This document shows, in pieces, positions 45,240 through 53,264 of a DNA stretch of 53,264 bases. Location: positions 1 to 53,264 of the IMG/VR virus record IMGVR_UViG_3300032315_000109. The stretch is one strand, 5' to 3'. Made by a program: the position numbers and the translations under genes. Under the pieces are notes generated by a model. The model was not told where the DNA came from. It searched no databases and saw only the letters and a list, made by a program, of their open reading frames with translations. Origin of the DNA: a virus (lineage: Duplodnaviria > Caudoviricetes). Positions within the stretch are counted from its first letter, which is position 1. Every line of letters begins with the position of its first letter.

Positions 45240-46367
45240 ATGACAACATATACTAATATTTTTGGCGGTACAAACATTGCTTCTTCTGATGTTTCTTATG
45301 CATCTTATAATTTGACATCTTTTGATGTAGATTTAAGTTGGCCTTTAGAATCTAATGCTGATGTCCAATTAGCCACTTCAATAATAGATGTATTTCCAAG
45401 TGCAACAGGAAGAATAATTTATTTACCGCCAGCAACTGAAGCCTCTGTTGGAGCTACAATTTTATTTAACAATGTTGGAGGAGAGCAATTTAGTGTAAAA
45501 GATAGGGCTGGTAATTTAATAGTTGCACCAATTCCGGGGACTATTTGGCAGATATATTTAATATCTAATACTACTACTGGTGGTGTTTGGAGAGCATATC
45601 AATATGGTGCTTCATTATCTGTTGCCAATGCTGCTGCTTTAGCTGGTACTGGAATTATTGCGCTTGGCTCTGTATTGTCTCAATCAATGCCAATCTCAAC
45701 GTATTCATCAAACTATACTTTATTGATACCTGATCGTGCTAACACCTTTTTATGGAATGGTGGAGCTGGCGTATTTACATTACCAGAAGCAGTCCAAGCT
45801 GGAAACAATTGGTTTGTACAATTTAAAAATGGCGGCTCAGGAACTGTTTTAGTTTCCACTATTGGTGCAGATTTAATTGATGGGTTTACTTCAATCTATT
45901 TGCAGCCACAAGATTCTTGTATTGTAATGACTGATGGACAAAACTATTACACATTGGGTCTAGGTCAAACAGCAAGCTTTGCTTTTGACTACATATCAAT
46001 TAATGTGGCTGGCTCTGGAAACTATACATTAACTGGCTCTGAATTAAATCGTATTTCTTATAACTTCACTGGTTTGTTAACTGGCAACAGAACTATTATT
46101 GTACCGAATACAGTACAGCAATATTGGGTAACAAATTCAACCACAGGTGCTTATACCTTAACAATAAGAACGACACTAGCATCTGGCGTTGATATTAATC
46201 CTAATACCGCATCAATTTTGTACTCTAATGGAACGCAAGTTAGGTTTGCAGATAGTAGTGGCGTTGGATTCCCTATTTCAATTTCTCAGGGTGGAACTGG
46301 CGCTACATCAGCGGCTGCTGCTGTAATTAATTTAGGCTTAAACCCAGTTGATGGTGGAGGCTTCTAA
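45240..46367 (+). CDS. Tail structural protein
   Basis: Beta-rich; FTGLLTGNRTIIVP motif; located between the adaptor and nozzle genes. Confidence 0.7.
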   Translation: MTTYTNIFGGTNIASSDVSYASYNLTSFDVDLSWPLESNADVQLATSIIDVFPSATGRIIYLPPATEASVGATILFNNVGGEQFSVKDRAGNLIVAPIPGTIWQIYLISNTTTGGVWRAYQYGASLSVANAAALAGTGIIALGSVLSQSMPISTYSSNYTLLIPDRANTFLWNGGAGVFTLPEAVQAGNNWFVQFKNGGSGTVLVSTIGADLIDGFTSIYLQPQDSCIVMTDGQNYYTLGLGQTASFAFDYISINVAGSGNYTLTGSELNRISYNFTGLLTGNRTIIVPNTVQQYWVTNSTTGAYTLTIRTTLASGVDINPNTASILYSNGTQVRFADSSGVGFPISISQGGTGATSAAAAVINLGLNPVDGGGF

Positions 46368-47998
46368 TGGCTGCTAAGCCTGTCAGGATAATTTCTAAAG
46401 CGGGTATTAAACGCGATGGAACTAAATTTGAGGGTGACTATTACGTTGATGGACAATGGGTTCGTTTTCAGCGTGGGTTGCCTCGTAAAATTAATGGGTA
46501 CAGAAATGTAACCGATTATCTAGCAGAGATTAGTCGTGGAATGAAGTCATTCACGCAAAATGAATCTACATACATTCATTCTGGCGGCACTACATTTTTA
46601 GAAAAATTTACGCTTGACGCTGATGGACTTTCAGGTATTGTCTATGATAGGACACCTGCTACATTAAATAGCCAGTTAGATAATTCATGGCAGTTTGATG
46701 TTTTGTATGATTCAATCAGTCTTGTCCCAAGCAATAAGATTATTGCCCAAGCAGCTCCAAACCTTAGCTCTTTGTACAACTCTATATCTGGACAGGTTTT
46801 TTATGGAGACATGCAGGAAAATGACCGCCTTATTGAGCTTACATTGCCTGAAGGTGTTTCTGCTAGTGGTGGTATTTGTGTATTACATCCATACCTAACT
46901 ATTTTTGGAACTGATGGTTCATTAGGTTGGTCAGTCCCCGGAAACCCTGCTGACTTAGTTGGTGAAGGTTCTGGTAATGCTCGTATTGCTGCTCAAAAAA
47001 TTGTAAGAGGTTTGCCCCTTCGAGGTGGCCCGGGTAATTCTCCTTCAGGATTGTATTGGTCAACTGATGCCGTAATCAGAGCTTCATTCGTTGGTGGACA
47101 GCAGGTATTCCAATTTGACACCATAACTTCAGCATCATCAGTTTTATCTCCCATGTCAATAATTGAATATGACGGAGTTTATTTCTGGGTTGGTGTTGAC
47201 CGTTTCTACATGTTTAATGGTGTTGTAAGAGATGTAGAAAATGTCCTGAATATTAACTATTTCTTTGATGGATTAAACAGGGAATACGCTCAAAAAGTAT
47301 TTGCTTACAAAGTCCCTAGATTTGGTGAAATTTGGTGGTGCTATCCAAGAGGTGATGCTGTAGAGTGTAGCCACGCAATTATTTACAATGTTAAAGAGAA
47401 TACTTGGTACGACACAGAATTACCCAATGGGGGGCGTTCTGCGGGCGAATTTATCCCTCGTTATGCAGTCCCATTCCTTACTGGTGTTGAATATAACTTT
47501 AATAGACCAGCAGCCGACATCCGTCAAACTGAGGATGGATTAATAAGAACGACCATTTCTGGCGATATTAGAACTTTGTTCCAATCAAATAACTACAAGC
47601 TTTGGGAGCATGAGGTTGGTGTTAATGAGATTGATGTTAATTTCGTAATACCTATTCAGTCTTATTTTGAAACTGCCGACATGAGTATATTGATAACAAA
47701 TGGACAAGATAAGTCATTGCGTTGTGAATTATTAGAGCCAGATTTTGTGCAGTCTGGAAACATGACTGTGCAAATTACTGGTAGATCAAATGCTAGGTCA
47801 AAAGAAATAACTGGTGAGGTAAAAACCATAGTTGCAGAACCAACAACTCCTTATGAGCAGGTTGTATATTTTAAAGATATACGAAGAGAGATGCGGTTCA
47901 GGTTTGAGTCTAATACTTTGAATGGCGACTACCAAATGGGTCAGGTAATTGCTCACATAGAAGAAGCTGATGGAACTGTGTTAGGAGCAACAAATTGA
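46367..47998 (+). CDS. Tail nozzle / tubular protein B (P22 gp10-like)
   Basis: WVRFQRGLPRKING, FYMFNG.V, FGEIWWCYP, IIYN..ENTWY; beta-propeller-like pattern. Confidence 0.7.
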   Translation: MAAKPVRIISKAGIKRDGTKFEGDYYVDGQWVRFQRGLPRKINGYRNVTDYLAEISRGMKSFTQNESTYIHSGGTTFLEKFTLDADGLSGIVYDRTPATLNSQLDNSWQFDVLYDSISLVPSNKIIAQAAPNLSSLYNSISGQVFYGDMQENDRLIELTLPEGVSASGGICVLHPYLTIFGTDGSLGWSVPGNPADLVGEGSGNARIAAQKIVRGLPLRGGPGNSPSGLYWSTDAVIRASFVGGQQVFQFDTITSASSVLSPMSIIEYDGVYFWVGVDRFYMFNGVVRDVENVLNINYFFDGLNREYAQKVFAYKVPRFGEIWWCYPRGDAVECSHAIIYNVKENTWYDTELPNGGRSAGEFIPRYAVPFLTGVEYNFNRPAADIRQTEDGLIRTTISGDIRTLFQSNNYKLWEHEVGVNEIDVNFVIPIQSYFETADMSILITNGQDKSLRCELLEPDFVQSGNMTVQITGRSNARSKEITGEVKTIVAEPTTPYEQVVYFKDIRREMRFRFESNTLNGDYQMGQVIAHIEEADGTVLGATN

Positions 47999-48222
47999 TA
48001 ACTTTACCTATTATAATAGGATTAAGAGATTGGGCTGATCAGATCGTTCTTGACCTGAATATTTATGGCAATTTGCCGCAGCTTGATGATGAGACAAAGT
48101 GGCAGGAGTGGGCTGTCTCTTTATGTGCAATTGCTGACATAACTTCAAAAAACCCACCTGATGCACTTTCTTTCTCAGACTGGCGTGAATGGGCTAGTCG
48201 TTTTGCACAAATAATGGCATAA
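47995..48222 (+). CDS. Small Trp-rich protein
   Basis: DWA...WQEWA...FSDWREWA. Confidence 0.7.
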   Translation: MITLPIIIGLRDWADQIVLDLNIYGNLPQLDDETKWQEWAVSLCAIADITSKNPPDALSFSDWREWASRFAQIMA

Positions 48223-48259
48223 ATTATTTGGCGATTTTTTTAAATAAAAGGATTTAATT

Positions 48260-48913
48260 ATGGCAATCGTTGACAGCAAACAAAAAATGTTAGGCGTAAA
48301 TGAGCTAATTCAAGAAGCATATGAGAATGAAGAAGATCATGTTTTGCCATTAGAGCTTGAATACCCTAGATTTGTTCAAGAACGAATGATGCCTAATTCT
48401 AATTTCCTTCGATATGGAAACACAATATTCGTTCTACTTGGAGATGATAAAAGAGCTGGCATTGCTTCCATGAGAATTTTAATAGCAGATACTGAAGAAA
48501 ATTTTATTCAAGCTCTTTATCAATGTTTTAAAGATGCCTATGAAATAGGCTATTTCTTATTAGTAGTAAGAGAGAACATTAATGAACCTCTTGTTAATGC
48601 TTTAGAAATAATTGAAAACGATCCAAAAAACCCAGACATTGAATACAGTATGGATAAAGACAGCGATGGTGATGATGTTATTGGAATTGTGATTGGTAAT
48701 CCTAATGGCACTGAATTAAAGCAGCCAATTCCTTATGATGTTGAGCCACCTAAGAATTCTCAAGAAGCAATGGCTAGAATGATGAATCAATCTGGTCAGC
48801 CTCAACAACCAATGAGTGGTGGTCAAATGCCACCAATGCAACCTTCTATGTCTGCACCACCTATGGGTGGACTAGGTCAATTGCAAAACAATTTAACTGA
48901 AGGCGAGGTGTAA
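48260..48913 (+). CDS. Hypothetical protein (acidic, Pro/Met-rich tail)
   Basis: AAGGA RBS; 217 aa. Confidence 0.7.
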   Translation: MAIVDSKQKMLGVNELIQEAYENEEDHVLPLELEYPRFVQERMMPNSNFLRYGNTIFVLLGDDKRAGIASMRILIADTEENFIQALYQCFKDAYEIGYFLLVVRENINEPLVNALEIIENDPKNPDIEYSMDKDSDGDDVIGIVIGNPNGTELKQPIPYDVEPPKNSQEAMARMMNQSGQPQQPMSGGQMPPMQPSMSAPPMGGLGQLQNNLTEGEV

Positions 48914-48914
48914 C

Positions 48915-50450
48915 ATGGGATGGGTAAAATTTAGAAATAAAGTAACCAAACCTTTTAAAGAAGCTGCTAAGTGGGTTGAAGATTCAGCAAAAGATTTAGG
49001 TAGGGGTATAAGAGAGTCAGTAAAAGATGTAGGTAATTTTGTTGAAGACACATGGAAAGATGCTGGCAAACTAGTAAATGACTATGTTCTTAAACCAATT
49101 AAAGCAGACCCATTAGGTTTTATTATTACTGCGGCAGCGGCTTCATTTGGTATTCCGTTCATTGTTGGCCCGGGTGCTATTGCTTCTGGACTTGCAACTA
49201 CAGCAGTTAATCTTGCTCAGGGTAGAGATTTTGATGATGCTCTAAGGGCAGGTGTTACTGCTGGCGTGTTAGATTTTGGAGTAAGCGAAGGTATAAATGC
49301 TTTATCAAGCGCTCCAAAACCATTTGGTTCGTCGTTAGGTGCTACTAGTAAAGCTCCAACATTTGCAGACATATTTAGTGATGCCTCAACACCTTCAACA
49401 GCTTCAGCAGTTGATACAGCAAGCGATAATTTCAATAAACAATTATCACTTGATAATGGCATAGGTAATGATTTAATGTCAGCAGCGCCAGCTAATGATC
49501 AATTTAGCTCATTGCTAGACCCAAATCGTCCAATAGATTTTGATCCGTATAAGCCTATTAAAAATGAAACTTATTTAACTGATGATGGCATGTTAGGTTT
49601 TGATAAAGGTCAATATGCTGCATATACAGAACCAGCACCAAGACTTTCAGATATATACCCAGAACCAAAAAATTATTTAAGCGATATAAGCACAAATGAA
49701 TTAGGTGCTTTACCTGATCAAGTTCCTTATCCAGCACCAATAGTAGATATGGGAACAGAAGCAGCAAAACAAGCTTCAGATGGTGCTTATCATTGGTGGG
49801 AAGACCCAGTAGGTAGCGTTGGTAAATACTCAAAAGACATGATTGGTGTTGATGTTACCAATCCATGGATTGTTGGTGGTGCTACTCTTGGATTAAATTA
49901 TTATTCTAAGAAAAAACAAGAAGAAGAAAATGAAAGACTTTTAGAAGAGCAAAGAAGAAATGATCCAGCAAATAGTCCTACATTTACTACTCCTATGCAG
50001 CAATATCGAATGCAGAGAAACAGGAATAGATACACTGGAGACTTAACAAGATATGGTGAAAGACGTGATGGGAATACAGGTGAGTTTAATTTTTACGACC
50101 CAGCAGTATATGTTCCTGTAAGTTCAGACCCTACAATACAAGCAGCAACTGGTGGTCAAATTAGAGCGCCTTATTACACCTATGGCAATGCTCCACAGGG
50201 GTATCGTGCTGGTGGTTTGAGTTCTTTGTCTGATGGTCGCTCTGATGATATACCTGCCGTTCTTTCTGATGGCGAGTATGTGATGGATGCTGAAACAGTT
50301 GCATTACTTGGCAATGGATCAACGGATGCTGGAGCTAAGCAGTTAGACCGCATGAGAACATCTTTAAGAAAGCAAAAAGGAAAATCTTTAGCTAAAGGTA
50401 AATTTTCTCCTAATGCTAAATCTCCATTAGCTTATTTACAAAGAGGCTAA
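48915..50450 (+). CDS. Internal virion protein with C-terminal SDDIPAVLSDGEYV domain
   Basis: Glycine-zipper hydrophobic segments; AATGG and YRAGG motifs, then the GEYV domain at about 50232-50380. Confidence 0.8.
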   Translation: MGWVKFRNKVTKPFKEAAKWVEDSAKDLGRGIRESVKDVGNFVEDTWKDAGKLVNDYVLKPIKADPLGFIITAAAASFGIPFIVGPGAIASGLATTAVNLAQGRDFDDALRAGVTAGVLDFGVSEGINALSSAPKPFGSSLGATSKAPTFADIFSDASTPSTASAVDTASDNFNKQLSLDNGIGNDLMSAAPANDQFSSLLDPNRPIDFDPYKPIKNETYLTDDGMLGFDKGQYAAYTEPAPRLSDIYPEPKNYLSDISTNELGALPDQVPYPAPIVDMGTEAAKQASDGAYHWWEDPVGSVGKYSKDMIGVDVTNPWIVGGATLGLNYYSKKKQEEENERLLEEQRRNDPANSPTFTTPMQQYRMQRNRNRYTGDLTRYGERRDGNTGEFNFYDPAVYVPVSSDPTIQAATGGQIRAPYYTYGNAPQGYRAGGLSSLSDGRSDDIPAVLSDGEYVMDAETVALLGNGSTDAGAKQLDRMRTSLRKQKGKSLAKGKFSPNAKSPLAYLQRG

Positions 50451-50453
50451 AAA

Positions 50454-51452
50454 ATGGCAAATGTTCTTGACAAGGTAACTGACTTTCTTTTTGGAGGTAC
50501 TACACCTCCATCAGTTAAGACTTATGGAACTACAACTACCACAACACCTGCTTGGTATAACGACTACACACAGGCTTTAATTGGTAAGGCTAATGCAATT
50601 GCATCAGAACCATATCAAGTTTACGATGGAAGTCGTATTGCTGGGTTTACTGATAATCAAAATTTGGCATTTGCATTAACACCTGAAGCTGCTAGTTCTT
50701 ATCTTCCATATATGAATCAAGCAAGTAATATATATGACAAGCTTGGAAATACTAGTGCATTAAGCAAAGCTCAGCCTTATTTAAACAATTCAGCTCAAAC
50801 TAGTTATGCAAATGTACAAAATTACATGAACCCATACATGGATTCGGTTACAAATCGAATCGGTCAAATGGCTCAGCGTAATTTGTCTGAAAACATTATT
50901 CCAACAATTCAGAATCAGTTCATTGGTGGTGGATCGTTTGGTGGTAGCCGTAGCGGTACAGCTATGGGTAAAGCAATGCGTGATATATCTGCTGATACTT
51001 TAGCGCAACAAACTAGCGCATTAGCTAGTGGCTACAATCAAGCAATGGCTCAAAGCCAAGCTGATTTAACAAGACAAGGACAACTAGGTCAAATAACTGG
51101 GGCTATATCTCAAGCAGACCTTACTAGACAACTTCAACTTGGTCAGAATGTTGGCGCTCTTGGTGCATTGGCGCAGTCACTTGGTCTTAATGAGGCTGCT
51201 GCATTGGAAGCTGTTGGTCTTACACAGCAAAATCAAAATCAGAGAAACCTTGATTTGGCTTACAAGAATTTTGCTGATCAAAGAGATTATCCAAGAGAGA
51301 ATATTTCATTCTTAAATAATGCTATTCGTGGCTTATCTATCCCTACTACATCAACTGCAACTGGAGTAGGCCCTGCATCTTCCGTAGGCCCATCTGGATT
51401 ATCACAGCTTGCTCAGGCTGGTGCGCTTATATATGGTATTGGTAAGAAGTAA
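50454..51452 (+). CDS. DNA ejection / internal virion protein
   Basis: YMNPYMDSV, GSFGGSR, Gln/Gly-rich helical repeats. Confidence 0.7.
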   Translation: MANVLDKVTDFLFGGTTPPSVKTYGTTTTTTPAWYNDYTQALIGKANAIASEPYQVYDGSRIAGFTDNQNLAFALTPEAASSYLPYMNQASNIYDKLGNTSALSKAQPYLNNSAQTSYANVQNYMNPYMDSVTNRIGQMAQRNLSENIIPTIQNQFIGGGSFGGSRSGTAMGKAMRDISADTLAQQTSALASGYNQAMAQSQADLTRQGQLGQITGAISQADLTRQLQLGQNVGALGALAQSLGLNEAAALEAVGLTQQNQNQRNLDLAYKNFADQRDYPRENISFLNNAIRGLSIPTTSTATGVGPASSVGPSGLSQLAQAGALIYGIGKK

Positions 51453-51471
51453 TTAATTTAAAGGCATACAA

Positions 51472-53264
51472 ATGGCTTATCAACCTCGTAGAAATAATAA
51501 CTTGGCAGAGTTTGATTTTGAGAGCTTAATTTCTCCTCAACAGGATGAAAATACTAAGCTACTTCAAAGCGACATGCCAACTGATAATGATCTATTAGCC
51601 CTTAATCAAAGGGCTGAAGTTGCTGAAGAACCAAATGCTGATTTAATAAGCCAACAAACTTATGTAAGCAATCCAACATTTGCTAATAAGGCTAGTCAAG
51701 CTGGCGAGCGTTATTTATCGCAAAAGAAAATAGAAAGAAGCACAACTGCTGAGATTTTAAAAAAAGCACAAGAGGCTTTACTTGCTAGATCAGAAGAAGG
51801 CTGGACTCGTGGTGATTATTTTAGACTTGCTGCTGCTCTTGGTAAGCCAACAAGGTTTGGTACATTTGGTGAAGAATTAGGTAATGCTGCTGAAGTTATG
51901 GCAAGTGTTAGTGATCGTCAAACAAAAGCTAAGCAAGACTATGAAGCACTGAAATTAAAATACCAATTACAAAATGCAGCTCAACCTGCTGAAGACGCTG
52001 AGCAAGAATTTGGTGTATATACCAAACTTGCAACTGGTAGAGGTCAATCTGCATCTAGACTTCGCCAAATGCAAATAGAGCGTGATGCGCTACCAATGAA
52101 TGACCCAGCTCGTGCTGAGTTGGATGCCGCTATTCAGTTATACACTACTGAAAAGAAAACAAAAGCTAATACCCCTTCTGGTCAATTTGTTGAATTAGTA
52201 AACATAGCTAATGATTCTAGTCAGCCACAAGCAGTAAGAGAAGCGGCTGCTGCAAAGATAAGAAAAGAAACATACATTCCTCCTCAGAAAGCACCAAAGG
52301 GTGAGCCGCCTCCAGTAGTTAATTTAACTGCTGCTGAAAACACTGGTATGCGTTTAGGTGTTCCTGTCATGATTGACAGCCCATTTTCTAATGTTGATCA
52401 AAAAACTCAACAGCAATTAGTATTGCAAGCAAGCAAACGTGCGCAAGCTGAAATAGCAAAAGTTGAAGAGGCAGCAGACAAAGCTCAATTCTCTCAGCAA
52501 AAGATGGCGCGTTTTCTTAAACTAAATAAAGAAAACCCAACCAACCCTCTTACTGGAAAACTACCTTCCTTCAGAGCTGCTGCTCAAGAAATGGATAACA
52601 TTACTGCTGAGCTTGCACCTGAAAAAAGATTGGAAGGAACAGGTTCAGTTTCTGACTTTGATGCTAAGCAGTTGCTTAAAGCGGTTGTTAACCCAAGCAA
52701 TTCTTATGAGGCTAACAAAAATATTGGCTTGGCATGGGATGCTTATGCAAAAACAATAAAAGAGAAAAGTAATTTCTTGCGTAACTACTTTACTACCAAT
52801 AAAACTTTGGATGGCTCTAGTCAGGCATGGATGCGCTACATGAATGCGAATCCTATTTTTGATCCAAAGCAGCCCGGTACTTTTGCACCTAACAAAAATC
52901 GTAAGACTTACAAAGACTTTTTCTATCCACCAAAGCCACAGGGTAAAGCTGAGGGTGGCATAATTAATTATTCTGATGGTGGGCAAGCTTCTACTCAACA
53001 CAGCAATTACTATGAACAGAATCAGCCAGATTTATCTGTGTTGATGAATAAGTATGCTAAAGGTGGAGAAGTAAAAAATAAATTGTATGACAAGTATGGT
53101 CGTCAAAAATTAGGTTGGGGTGGTAAAGGCACAGCCATAGCATACGCACAAGCAAACCCTACTGCACCAGCTCAAACTGGTGGCGGTTTTATGGGTGACT
53201 TTACTACAAAACTTGTATCTACTATAAAAGATGCACTACCAAAAAATGATCCAGTTGTTGATCC
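51472..53264 (+). CDS. N-terminal part of the giant internal virion polyprotein (runs off the end, continues at 1..3030)
   Basis: ATG at 51472 (MAYQPRRNNN...) after AAGG; no stop before the window end; GSVSDFD and KAEGG/YSDGG/YAKGG motifs. Confidence 0.8.
   Translation, partial: MAYQPRRNNNLAEFDFESLISPQQDENTKLLQSDMPTDNDLLALNQRAEVAEEPNADLISQQTYVSNPTFANKASQAGERYLSQKKIERSTTAEILKKAQEALLARSEEGWTRGDYFRLAAALGKPTRFGTFGEELGNAAEVMASVSDRQTKAKQDYEALKLKYQLQNAAQPAEDAEQEFGVYTKLATGRGQSASRLRQMQIERDALPMNDPARAELDAAIQLYTTEKKTKANTPSGQFVELVNIANDSSQPQAVREAAAAKIRKETYIPPQKAPKGEPPPVVNLTAAENTGMRLGVPVMIDSPFSNVDQKTQQQLVLQASKRAQAEIAKVEEAADKAQFSQQKMARFLKLNKENPTNPLTGKLPSFRAAAQEMDNITAELAPEKRLEGTGSVSDFDAKQLLKAVVNPSNSYEANKNIGLAWDAYAKTIKEKSNFLRNYFTTNKTLDGSSQAWMRYMNANPIFDPKQPGTFAPNKNRKTYKDFFYPPKPQGKAEGGIINYSDGGQASTQHSNYYEQNQPDLSVLMNKYAKGGEVKNKLYDKYGRQKLGWGGKGTAIAYAQANPTAPAQTGGGFMGDFTTKLVSTIKDALPKNDPVVD
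53251..53264. repeat. Terminal direct overlap, copy 2
   Basis: Identical to 1-14. Confidence 0.85.

Noticed and set aside
50202-50450. Intein or Hint splicing domain
   Set aside because: Only loose resemblance; lacks the N-terminal Cys/Ser, TxxH and terminal HN motifs
1-53264. Integrated prophage, or alternative genetic code
   Set aside because: No integrase, att site or host genes recognised; genes are intact and densely packed under the standard code

Overview
The window is an apparently complete, circularly permuted dsDNA phage genome. The 14 nt CCAGTTGTTGATCC occur at both ends, and one ORF reads in frame across the junction. The virion genes are podovirus-like: large portal, adaptor and nozzle, ejection proteins, and no tape measure or tail tube gene. 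A Gram-negative, probably betaproteobacterial host is inferred but not shown. Layout: a leftward recombination operon (exonuclease, SSB, HTH); a Cro-like switch; replication genes (YdaU-like protein, DnaB-like helicase, RusA); a C5-methyltransferase with a nested second-frame ORF; accessory genes with a dense cluster of structured RNAs; packaging and head genes including a GroES-like protein; three fibres; a lysis cassette; tail genes; and giant internal-virion proteins. Most notable: about 29 copies of a hydrophobic-x-x-G-G-x-V/I motif in five late genes separate discrete modules (ART-PolyVal, PcfJ-like, a predicted beta-barrel, small conserved cassettes). One of these genes also carries an SDDIPAVLSDGEYV domain, suggesting a polyprotein processing or cargo-loading system. 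Also found: an array of about six structured RNAs with anti-Shine-Dalgarno loops around a leaderless peptide, a five-site operator regulon, a c4/CI-like RNA before the replication gene, and strong CCWGG avoidance. No integrase, DNA polymerase, tRNA or CRISPR array was recognised. All family assignments come from motif recognition by eye, not from searches.
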